46,711 bases of DNA, taken from the NCBI RefSeq assembly GCF_006345805.1, contig NW_021834677.1, positions 1 to 46,711 of the forward strand, written 5' to 3'. The notes under the pieces are model-generated. The model ran no database searches and was not told the DNA's origin. It saw nothing but the letters and a program-made list of their open reading frames with translations. Shown piece by piece: positions 13,968-25,197 of this stretch. This DNA comes from Octopus sinensis. Taxonomy: Eukaryota. How positions within the stretch are numbered: position 1 is the first letter of the stretch; every line of letters begins with the position of its first letter. Position numbers and translations under genes: made by a program.

Positions 13968-14035
13968 AGAAGTAAATTCTCTTTAATCTGTTTGGAACGT
14001 AGTTCTAGTGATTGACGTTGCTGACGACCTTCCAT
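13968..14035 (-). CDS. TTC3/DZIP3-like RING-H2 E3 ligase, coding exon 1 of 5 (MEGRQQRQSLELRSKQIKENLL; exon with 5'UTR spans 13968-14098)
   Basis: Acceptor TTTTTTGTTGTAG ends at 14099, ATG 14035-14033 directly preceded by an in-frame TAA, donor TCT|GTGAGC; phase 2 joins the next exon (CT+A = Leu). Confidence 0.75.
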
Positions 14036-14805
14036 TTAACACAGCAGGATATTGTCACCAGATATAATCAGGTGACCAGATATAATCTTCAGATGACTCT
14101 ACAACAAAAAATAGATAAAATCTTATCTAAATTTCAAAAATGAAGCAGAGATGACAGTGGACAGGGGCAGTGGGAAACTTAAGATTGGTAGATGATAGAA
14201 TGCAATATTAGGGCAGTGTGTGATCCAAGATTGTTAGGGTGACAGGACAGTAGTGGGACAGTGGAAGACACGGGGATATGACAGTGGGGCAGTGAGATTC
14301 AAGTCTGTTAGATGACAGTGGACAGTTATGGGACAGTAGGAGACCCAAGGCCATTAGGGATATGACAGTGAACAGTTGTGAGGCAGCGAGAAACCAAAGA
14401 TTGTTAGGGAGATGACAGAAAACAGTCGTAGGACAGTGGGAGACTCAATATTGCTAAGGAGACGATAAAAGACGATCGACAGTTGTGGGACAAAGAAAGA
14501 GCCAAGATTGTTAGGGAGACAGATCAAGCTTGAGAAAGGATCCACAATAGCGATAAAGATATTGTGGTTAACCGATATTGTTGTCAACCACATCCAATTT
14601 TGTATCCAGTTATCTCCAGAATATATAACAAACGAGTCCTCCTCTAAAAGTTGCTCAACTTTTTAGAAATAACAGTGAAATCTCCCTCACATCCTACCTT
14701 ACCCTCTTAGAAAAGAGATGGAGTGCCTTAAACCATAGGTTTGATCAATCACATCTAAACTGGAGTAAACAACAACAAACTAATGAAGAAGAGATTCAAC
14801 TCTGG

Positions 14806-15169
14806 GGCGATCTTTCGTCTCTAGTAGACCTTTCCGTCGATTTCCGTAAAATTTTTTTTTTTTTTTTTACATATGGGCTTGCGGGAACTTTTGAAGTAAT
14901 GAGAGCGAAAGAGACTAAGAGAAAGCGATTGTATGACGAGGCAAGTTATTTTGAAGTTACCGTGCACACCCCATCAAACACACACACACACATGTACATC
15001 AATGTTTCCCATGCACGGTAACTTCAAAAGAACTTCCCTCGTCATACAATCGCTTTCTCTTAGTCTCTTTCGCTCTCATTACTTCAAAAGTTCCCGCAAG
15101 CCCATATGTGAAAAAAAAAATTTTTTTACGGAAATCGACGGAAAGGTCTACTAGAGACGAAAGATCGCC
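14806..15169. mobile_element. Foldback MITE, about 160-bp TIRs, 8-bp TSD AACTCTGG (Merlin- or MULE-like)
   Basis: Arms 14806-14966 and 15012-15169 are reverse complements; AACTCTGG at 14798-14805 and 15170-15177; GG termini. Confidence 0.85.
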
Positions 15170-15888
15170 AACTCTGGCTCTGGCCAAAACACAAGAAGTC
15201 TACTGGTCCCAATGTGCTCCGCTGATAAAAGATCCCACTTCCTACCTCACAGTTAACATCCAAATATCCCAGTCAAGTCAAAATACCACCCAAACTTCTG
15301 GCACGAGTTCAGAAAACTTCTCGTTCTCAAACAATACTCATCTAATTTTAAAATGTTTGCGTTTTATTGGCTGTAGTGCTCTGATTTTAGTTCTGGCTGT
15401 TTTGCTGTTTTGAAAATGAAAAGATCCACTGTTTTTCTTTGTGTTTCAAAGTAAGTCTCAGTTAAAGAATAAAATAAATTGATTGAAGAGGGAGTAATGA
15501 AGGGTAACTTGTGTTGGCGATGACCATAGAGTAATTAATGTTTCGTTGGTGGTAGCTGTATCGGGACTAATTAATTAATTAATAGAGTACATGTGCTGAT
15601 GTTTTATTGGTAAGGTGTTTGTACTGACTTTCAACAAGCTTAATATTCGGTTATAACTTCTAATTTAGTTGTGATCGAATGTTGCCGTAACGTTGTGAGT
15701 TCAAATTCCGCCGAGGTCGACTTTACTGGGGTCGATATAATCGACTTAATACCTATGACTGTCCTTGTTTGTCCCCTCTATGTTTAGCCCCTTGTGGGTA
15801 ATAAAGAAATAGGTATTTCGTGTGCTGTTACGTTGTGAGTTCAAATTCTGCCGAGGTCGACTTTGCCTTTCATCCTTTCGGGGTCGAT

Positions 15889-17416
15889 AAATTAAGTACC
15901 AGTTACGCACTGGGGTCGATGTAATCGACTGAATACCTATGTCTGTCCTTGTTTGTCCCCCTCTATGTTTAGCCCCTTGTGGCTAGTAAAGAAATAGTAA
16001 ATTAAGTACCAGTTACGCACTGGAGTCGATGTAATCGACTGAATACCTATGTCTGTCCTTGTTTGTCCCCCTCTATGTTTAGCCCCTTGTGGGTAATAAA
16101 GAAATAGTAAATTAAGTACCAGTTACGCACTGGGGTCGATGTAATCGACTGAATACCTATGTCTGTCCTTGTTTGTCCCCCTCTATGTTTAGCCCCTTGT
16201 GGCTAGTAAAGAAATAGTAAATTAAGTACCAGTTACGCACTGGGGTCGATGTAATCGACTGAATACCTATGTCTGTCCTTGTTTGTCCCCTCTATGTTTA
16301 GCCCCTTGTGGCTAGTAAAGAAATAGTAAATTAAGTACCAGTTACGCACTGGGGTCGATGTAATCGACTGAATACCTATGTCTGTCCTTGTTTGTCCCCC
16401 TCTATGTTTAGCCCCTTGTGGCTAGTAAAGAATAGTAAATTAAGTACTAGTTACGCACTGGGGTCGATGTAATCGACTGATACCTATGTCTGTCCTTGTT
16501 TGTCCCCCTCTATGTTTAGCCCCTTGTGGCTAGTAAAGAAATAGTAATTAAGTACCAGTTACGCACTGGGGTCGATGTAATCGACTGAATACCTATGTCT
16601 GTCCTTGTTTGTCCCTTCTATGTTTAGCCCCTTGTGGGTAATAAAGAAATAGTAAATTAGTACCAGTTACGCACTGGGGTCGATGTAATCGACTGAATAC
16701 CTATGTCTGTCCTTGTTTGTCCCCTCTATGTTTAGCCCCTTGTGGCTAGTAAAGAAATAGTAAATTAAGTACCAGTTACGCACTGGGGTCGATGTAATCG
16801 ACTGAATACCTATGTCTGTCCTTGTTTGTCCCCCTCTATGTTTAGCCCCTTGTGGCTAGTAAAGAAATAGTAAATTAAGTACCAGTTACGCACTGGGGTC
16901 GATGTAATCGACTGAATACCTATGTCTGTCCTTGTTTGTCCCCCTCTATGTTTAGCCCCTTGTGGCTAGTAAAGAAATAGTAAATTAAGTACTAGTTACG
17001 CACTGGGGTCGATGTAATCGACTGATACCTATGTCTGTCCTTGTTTGTCCCCTCTATGTTTAGCCCCTTGTGGCTAGTAAAGAAATAGTAAATTAAGTAC
17101 CAGTTACGCACTGGGGTCGATGTAATCGACTGAATACCTATGTCTGTCCTTGTTTGTCCCCTCTATGTTTAGCCCCTTGTGGGTAATAAAGAAATAGTAA
17201 ATTAAGTACCAGTTACACACTGGGGTCGATGTAATCGACTGAATACCTATGTCTGTCCTTGTTTGTCCCCCTCTATGTTTAGCCCCTTGTGGCTAGTAAA
17301 GAAATAGTAAATTAAGTACCAGTTACGCACTGGGGTCGATGTAATCGACTGAATACCTATGTCTGTCCTTGTTTGTCCCTTCTATGTTTAGCCCCCTGTG
17401 TGTAGTAAAGAGATAG
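15889..17416 (+). repeat. Tandem array, about 14 x 110 bp, made of the 3' half of the Nin/Deu-core SINE
   Basis: Unit aaattaagtaccagttacgcactggggtcgatgtaatcgact...gtaaagaaatagt starts at 15889, 15999, 16109 ... 17309. Confidence 0.97.
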
Positions 17417-17839
17417 ATATTTAAAAGTAGATTTGGTTACTTGTTGAAACAAACAACTTTAAAGGAGTGATCGTAGAGATATTTGAGGAGTGCCCGTTGA
17501 GATCTTACAAGGGAAAAGGAAAAACAAACTTTTTTTAAGGCGGGGGTTTAAAGGAAAGGTGTTTATATAAGAGGGTGGCATAATCAGGGCTACTTACATA
17601 AGAAGGAGTTTAAAGAGATGTCCCAGAAAGTTTGGTAATTTGGTAAACAAATGTCACAGAGGTTAAAGCGGATCGAAACAAACTATATAGACCTTGTAGA
17701 ATGGCAGAAGGGGTTTCTTACCCCGTAAAAGAACCACTTTTCCATGTTGAGTAGTCTGTTTTGGAAGAGAGAAACAGGAAATAGGAAAAAATCGTTGCAA
17801 GGTTCTATCAGGGCCATTCTTGAGTCTCTCCCTGCTTAC

Positions 17840-17880
17840 GTGGAACACGGAAACTGCCGAATGATTACGACGTTTCCGTT
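17840..17880 (-). other. Candidate non-coding first exon / TSS region of the TTC3-like gene
   Basis: CpG-containing island in AT-rich DNA with two CGGAA/TTCCG motifs, ending in a good donor CAC|GTAAGC (GT at 17839-17838); not transcript-verified. Confidence 0.35.
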
Positions 17881-19483
17881 GTTATTAATGAATAAATAAC
17901 CGATTATTAGTAATTAAATAAAATTTTGGTTGTTGTTATTATTACTAATAATTAAATGTATAAATAAATAAAAATGAAAAAAATTAATAAGTTAACAAAA
18001 ACAATTAAACAAACGTGAAATGTAACATATGAAATATTATGTTATTCGTAACAAAGTTTCGTAAATTTTGATATAATTACTGCAACGCATATTTGATACA
18101 ATTCTGTTTCGTTAAAAACAAACAAAAATTCTTTATTGTATCTAGTTGAAATATAAGTCCAAATGAACTCGAACAAAGATATGTCTGTGAGAAAAAAGCA
18201 ATAACTGTCCAACTATATGTCGTCTGCCTAGTTTTCTGGTTTTCCCACTTAAAATTTTTATTCGTTTATGAAAATATTCTCAATAAATTTTGCGGCATTA
18301 TATAATTTTTTTAATGTTTAAAGTGAGTAAAAAAAGTTACCACAATATTAAAATATATTGCAATAGTTTATGAATAACGTTAGCATGTGTTATTGTTTAT
18401 AGATCAAACCCTTATCTTTGTCTTTATGACGAAGAAAGGAAACTGATAAATGTTGAAAGAGTAATCTAGGATTGAATGTAGGATACAAGATTGTCGGGAA
18501 AATGTTTTGCGATATTTATTACGACTCTTTACGTTTTGAGTTCAAATCCTGCCGAGATTAACTTTGGTAAATTTTGATACTTTCACCCGCATGGTTTTCG
18601 GTAAATTTTTACTAGTACACTCCAAAGCTTTTCATAAAAAAAAAAAGAAAAAAGCCCTCGGATTTTTCGCGTGGAATCAACGGTAAATTTTTACCACCTC
18701 ACCCCTACGATTTTCACCAAAAAAAGAAAATAAGAACTGGTTTCTCGCGTGGAACCAACTCACTCTACCTCCTACTTTCCCACAAACCCCTTATTTTGAT
18801 AGTTCGGAAGGGGGATGCGGGGACCCCCCCCCCCCGGATGTTTTGGAATTTTTCTTTTCTTTTACGTTAAATGAATTGCGGTGAGATCCTAATATGGTGC
18901 AAATCCTTTTTCTTTTGTCTGGAAACCGAGGGTGGTGTGGGGCGAAACCCTTTGAAATTTCACCCCCTCCCCAATTTCACAGGGAAATTCCACCCCACCC
19001 CACCACCCAATTTCACGGGGAAAATTTACTGGCAAATTTTTACACGAGGATCAATACTTGTTGGCAAGGGAACCTTTCCAGTAGCACTCATCCTTTTAGA
19101 AATAACAGCCAAATCTCCCTAGCCACATTGCACCGGGAAAGACTTCCTTTTGTACCCCACTCCTACCTTTTTTTTTTTTTACAGAACCCCCGTTTTCAGA
19201 TACGGAGATTCCGAATCCGAAAACAAAATTGGCAAAAATCGATTCCGGTGCCGTTGGCACGTAAAAGGCACCCACTACACTCTCGGAGTGGTTGTCGTTA
19301 GGAAGGGTATCCAGCTGTAGAAACCTCGCCAGAACAGATTGAAGCTTGGTGCAGCCTCCTGGCTTGCCAGTCCTCAGTCAAACTGTCCAACCCATGGAAA
19401 GCAGAAGTTAAACGATGATGATGATAATATAGTTAAGATTAAATGTAAAATTTCAAGAAAAAAAAATAAAAAGCTACCATAGC

Positions 19484-19556
19484 AGCCCCCAGTGAGGATC
19501 GAACTCACGACCCCTGGTTTACAAGACCAGTGCTCTAACCACTGAGCTATGGAGGC
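19484..19556 (-). tRNA. tRNA-Thr-TGT: tRNA-Thr, anticodon UGU
   Basis: GCCTCCATAGCTCAGTGGTTAGAGCACTGGTCTTGTAAACCAGGGGTCGTGAGTTCGATCCTCACTGGGGGCT: full cloverleaf, stem CTGGT/ACCAG with loop CTTGTAA, intact A and B boxes, T-runs (Pol III terminator) about 12 nt downstream. Confidence 0.96.
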
Positions 19557-20269
19557 AACTGTGCCGCCAGAGCCGAAATATTACTAGATAATTATTATAT
19601 AATTAAATCGTGGAACTACGAATTGCGTATTTATTATTTACGTTGGAATAATATGAATTTATAATGCAATTTTAAGAAGTTTTTATTTTTCCCACAGAAA
19701 AATATAAACCGTAATTATATCTTTCGTCAATATTGTTAGTAGATATAAAGACAAACACGTTCCGTGACGGTAGTCAAGGGAGGTAATCGTGCAACTACTC
19801 TCATAAAGGAATTATATGTTGCCATCATCGTCGTCGAAGAAGAAAGAAGCTGTTCTCCTTCGTTTAAACTTATCTAACGCATATTTCCCATCTTTCTTTT
19901 TAATTTATCTTCCCGTATTCCAAATCAACGGTAAACGAACAGAAATAAAGCTTCCGTGTACGACGGCTGCTAGAGCAGTGTAAAGCTAAAAGCTGCAACA
20001 GAGCCTCGTTATGGCAGGAAGAAGCAGATGAGGTGATGGACATTATTGTATTTTCTTTCTCTTTTTTCTCCCTTGTTTATTTAAACAGAACAAAATTTTT
20101 ACAAGTCATTCTTCGCTTCTCTCCATGCTGTTTATCTTTCTTCGTTGTTGTTCTTAATCTCAGTGGCCCCGCATTCCCATAAATGCTACGATCTTGCGAT
20201 TTTGCTGTGTCTCACACCAAAACATTGTTTCTTTCATCTTTCATCATCGTTTCTCCATCGTCCAATGTG

Positions 20270-22670
20270 TGTGTCTCTCCATAGTCCAGTGTGTCTCTCT
20301 AAAGACCTATGTCTTTCCTTAAACTAGTGTATTTCACCAGAGACAAATGTATCTCAACAGAGCAGCATATCTCCTTAAACTATCGTGTCTCTCTATAGAC
20401 ATGCCTATGTTTTTCCCATAGACCAGTATGTCTTCATAGACGAATCTCAACCACAGACATCCATGTGTCGTTCAAAAGACCAAAATATGTCTCTCCCCAT
20501 AGTCCAGTGTGTCTCTCTAAAGACCTATGTCTTTCCTTAAACTAGTGTATTTCATCAGAGACAAATGTATCTCAACAGAGCAGCATATCTCCTTAAACTA
20601 TCGTGTCTCTCTATAGACATGCCTATGTTTTTCCCATAGACCAGTATGTCTTCATAGACGAATCTCAACCACAGACATCCATGTGTCGTTCAAAAGACCA
20701 AAATATGTCTCTCTCCATAGTCCAGTGTGTCTCTCTAAAGACCTATGTCTTTCCTTAAACTAGTGTATTTCATCAGAGACAAATGTATCTCAACAGAGCA
20801 GCATATCTCCTTAAACTATCGTGTCTCTCTATAGACATGCCTATGTTTTTCCCATAGACCATATGTCTTCATAGACGAATCTCAACCACAGACATCCATG
20901 TGTCGTTCAAAAGACCAAAATATGTCTCTCTCCATAGTCCAGTGTGTCTCTCTAAAGACCTATGTCTTTCCTTAAACTAGTGTATTTCATCAGAGACAAA
21001 TGTATCTCAACAGAGCAGCATATCTCCTTAAACTATCGTGTCTCTCTATAGACATGCCTATGTTTTTCCCATAGACCAGTATGTCTTCATAGACGAATCT
21101 CAACCACAGACATCCATGTGTCGTTCAAAAGACCAAAATATGTCTCTCTCCATAGTCCAGTGTGTCTCTCTAAAGACCTATGTCTTTCCTTAAACTAGTG
21201 TATTTCATCAGAGACAAATGTATCTCAACAGAGCAGCATATCTCCTTAAACTATCGTGTCTCTCTATAGACATGCCTATGTTTTCCCATAGACCAGTATG
21301 TCTTCATAGACGAATCTCAACCACAGACATCCATGTGTCGTTCAAAAGACCAAAATTGTCTCTCTCCATAGTCCAGTGTGTCTCTCTATAGACCTATGTC
21401 TTTCCTTAAACTAGTGTATTTCACCAGAGACAAATGTATCTCAACAGAGCAGCATATCTCCTTAAACTATCGTGTCTCTCTCTATAGACATGCCTATGTT
21501 TTTCCCATAGACCAGTATGTCTTCATAGACGAATCTCAACCACAGACATCCATGTGTCGTTCAAAAGACCAAAATATGTCTCTCTCCATAGTCCAGTGTG
21601 TCTCTCTAAAGACCTATGTCTTTCCTTAAACTAGTGTATTTCATCAGAGACAAATGTATCTCAACAGAGCAGCATATCTCCTTAAACGATCGTGTCTCTC
21701 TATAGACATGCCTATGTTTTTCCCATAGACCAGTATGTCTTCATAGACGAATCTCAACCACAGACATCCATGTGTCGTTCAAAAGACCAAAATATGTCTC
21801 TCTCCATAGTCCAGTGTGTCTCTCTAAAGACCTATGTCTTTCCTTAAACTAGTGTATTTCATCAGAGACAAATGTATCTCAACAGAGCAGCATATCTCCT
21901 TAAACTATCGTCTCTCCTTATAGACATGCCTATGTTTTCCCATAGACCAGTATGTCTTCATAGACGAATCTCAACCACAGACATCCATGTGTCGTTCAAA
22001 AGACCAAAATATGTCTCTCTCCATAGTCCAGTGTGTCTCTCTAAAGACCTATGTCTTTCCTAAACTAGTGTATTTCATCAGAGACAAATGTATCTCAACA
22101 AGCAGCATATCTCCTTAAACTATCGTGTCTCTCTATAGACATGCCTATGTTTTTCCCATAGACCAGTATGTCTTCATAGACGAATCTCAACCACAGACAT
22201 CCATGTGTCGTTCAAAAGACCAAAATATGTCTCTCTCCATAGTCCAGTTGTCTCTCTAAAGACCTATGTCTTTCCTTAAACTAGTGTATTCATCAGAGAC
22301 AAATGTATCTCAACAGAGCAGCATATCTCCTTAAACTATCGTCTCTCCTTATAGACATGCCTATGTTTTCCCATAGACCAGTATGTCTTCATAGACGAAT
22401 CTCAACCACAGACATCCATGTGTCGTTCAAAAGACCAAAATATGTCTCTCTCCATAGTCCAGTGTGTCTCTCTAAAGACCTATGTCTTTCCTTAAACTAG
22501 TGTATTTCATCAGAGACAAATGTATCTCAACAGAGCAGCATATCTCCTTAAACTATCGTGTCTCTCTATAGACATGCCTATGTTTTTCCCATAGACCAGT
22601 ATGTCTTCATAGACGAATCTCAACCACAGACATCCATGTGTCGTTCAAAAGACCAAAATATGTCTCTCTC
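20270..22670. repeat. Tandem satellite, about 11 x 218 bp
   Basis: atagtccagtgtgtctct recurs at 20281, 20499, 20717 etc.; near-identical units; degenerate tail to about 22870. Confidence 0.97.
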
Positions 22671-23789
22671 TAGATCAGTATCTTAACTGTCGACATGCGT
22701 ATATCTCTTAGACTGTTTCACCATAAACCCATGTCTTTCCATTGTCTGCCTTACTATAGTCTCCGTAGACAAGTATCCGTCTCCCCAAAGACCAGTGCGT
22801 GTGTCTCCTGTCTCCACAGGCCACTGTCTCTCTAGAGACCTACAGTAACTCAGCATAGACCTGCATGTGTAATAGCAATAAGTAACAAAGACAGATTTGT
22901 GCACCAAAGACCTTATTCAACGACTGATGAAACAGTTCAGCTTCGGGTTTAATTAAGAGAAATAACTTACTGCAAGATACATTAATTGTTAAGGAACACA
23001 TCGCGATTTCCGCCAGTCTGTAATTGAAAATCAACAACAACCAAAATATTTCAAAATAGACATCGTGGCACGTAAAAAGCACCAACCAATCGTGGCCGCT
23101 GCCAGACTCCCCTGGCACCTGTGCCGGTGACACGTAAAAAGCACCCACTACACTCATGTAGTGGTTGGCGTTAGGAAGGGCATCCAGCTGTAGAAACACT
23201 GCCAGATCAGACTGTTGTGCCCACTTTTTGTATGCTGGTAAAAGCACCCACTACACTCATGGAGTGGTTGGTGTTAGGAAGGGCATCCAGGTGTAGAAAC
23301 ACTGCCAGATCAGACTGGAGCCTGGTGCAGCCTCCTGGCTTCCCAGGCCCCAGTCGAACCATCTAACCCATGCTAGCATGGAAAACGGACGTTAAACGAT
23401 GATGATGATCAAACAAGAGTTTGAGAGGTGATATCCAAGCAAGAATGACATAAACCGATAAAATGAGAATTCATCCTTTCAGAGTCGATAAATTCAGTAC
23501 CAGTTATGCACTCGGGTCGATGTAACTGATTATCCCCCCCCCACCCAAATTTCAGGCCTTGTGCTTATAGGTGAAAGGATTATTATTCAGCAAGCTGGCT
23601 GAATCGTTAGCACGCCAGGCAGAATGTTTAGCGGCATTTTGTCCGTCTTTACATTCTGAGTTCAAATTCCACCAAGGTTGACTTTACCTTGCATTCTTTT
23701 GGGGTCAACAGAATAAGTCCCAGTTCAGCACTGGAGTTGATGTAATTGACTTACCTGCTCCCTTGAACTTGCTGGCCTTGTGCCAAAAT

Positions 23790-24095
23790 TTGAAACCATT
23801 GTTATAAGGTTATGGGAAACTACCACCTGTGTCATCTCTTGTGAAAGGTAGGAGAGTCCAGTTTGCTGGACATTGTTGTAGAGCTGAAAACGTGGCAATT
23901 TCTACTCTTCTCTTCTGGAAGCCATCTACTCGCAATACCAGAGGGCACACACTCTCCTACCCTGATGTAATCTCCAGGGATACAGGCATCCAGCAACAGG
24001 ACCTCCGTAATGCCATGATGGTCCGTGAAGTCTGGCGTAGCATGGTAAATTCCATTGTCTCGACCACGGTCGAACAATGATGATGATGATGATGG
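23790..24095 (+). mobile_element. RTE-clade LINE 3' end with (GAT)n tail
   Basis: RRVQFAGHC.R...LLFWKP...RDTG...M..REVWR C-terminal RTE motif. Confidence 0.85.
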
Positions 24096-24485
24096 ATTGG
24101 TGAAATCAGACAAAATGTTTTATGGTATTTAGCGACAAGCCTTTATGTTCTAAGTTCAAATTACATCAAGATCAGTTTTACCTTTCATCTTTTCAAGGTT
24201 GATAAAATACCAGTGTACTTGGTGACTAGTTGATATAAATGACTACACCTACCCCCCCCCCACTCAATTTCTATCCTTGTACCTCTGTTAAAAATGATTA
24301 TTATTATTTTGTAAAAATATGTCTTATTTTCTCCTTCACAGGTCTTCTATTTTCTTGGAACCCCTACGAAATCACTTTGAAGGATTTTTTTCACTGACAT
24401 GTTTTCTACCATTCTCAAGGAATCTGGTGTTTAAATACACCCCCTACCCCATCCCCTACCCTAAACAACAACAACACTGTTCACC

Positions 24486-24698
24486 ATGGTTAATGTGATA
24501 AAAGGTGTCCTTGCTGAATGTGATCCTGCTATGAAACAGTTCCTGCTTCAACTTGATGACAGAAATACACTAGGTAAAAAGTTTATAATTCAAGACCTTG
24601 ATGACACTCACCTATTCATCTCCGCAGACATTCTGGAAACTTTAAAGACCCAAATCAATGATTTAATGAACAAACTCACATATCCACTAAACGAGTAA
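24486..24698 (+). CDS. GTF2H5: General transcription factor IIH subunit 5 (p8/TTDA/Tfb5), 70 aa
   Basis: MVNVIKGVLAECDPAMKQFLLQLDD...GKKFIIQDLDDTHLF is the highly conserved Tfb5 sequence; likely exon acceptor CTCCTTCACAG at 24341. Confidence 0.97.
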   Translation: MVNVIKGVLAECDPAMKQFLLQLDDRNTLGKKFIIQDLDDTHLFISADILETLKTQINDLMNKLTYPLNE

Positions 24699-25197
24699 TT
24701 ATCACACAAAATGAGACTCTAATTACCTTACCCATTTTTTCCTTCCCTTTTTTTCCCCCCCGTGACAAAAACTGACCCCCTCCCCCCACAATTAACAATT
24801 TTTATTGTTTTCTTTTTACAAGGTGTTGCAAACACTTTTAAAGAGACAAGAAAGTTGAGTATTGCATAATGAGAAAATGTTTGATGTAAAGCAACGATAT
24901 TCAAACCGTACGCTTGAATATCCATCATCATGTTTCTCTGCCATGTACAGTGGCGCTAGAACTTACGCTCACACTATAAAAATGAACCGCTATGAAATTT
25001 ACTATTTTCTCGTTGATGTTGGTATCCAAATTTTCATCTTCATCTCAATCTTAAAAGCCATTGAAAAAATGGAACAGAAACCATATAAATATTTTTAAGA
25101 AGGAAAAAAAACAAGAAGCATTTACCTTTTTATTGTTATTCCTCCGTACAGAAAATCGAACTTTTTAGATTTGACGAGACAATAGACAATTGCAGCA

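Noticed and set aside
15108-15456. 101-aa plus-strand ORF with a hydrophobic end and a nearby AAA|GTAAGT donor
   Set aside because: Starts inside the MITE arm, no recognisable homology, antisense to the ligase intron.
15889-17416. CRISPR-like appearance of regular arrays (also 20270-22670)
   Set aside because: Units are contiguous with no unique spacers, no cas genes, eukaryotic context.
17420-17830. Purine- and homopolymer-rich stretch after the 110-bp array
   Set aside because: No ORF or structure; may be low-quality consensus.
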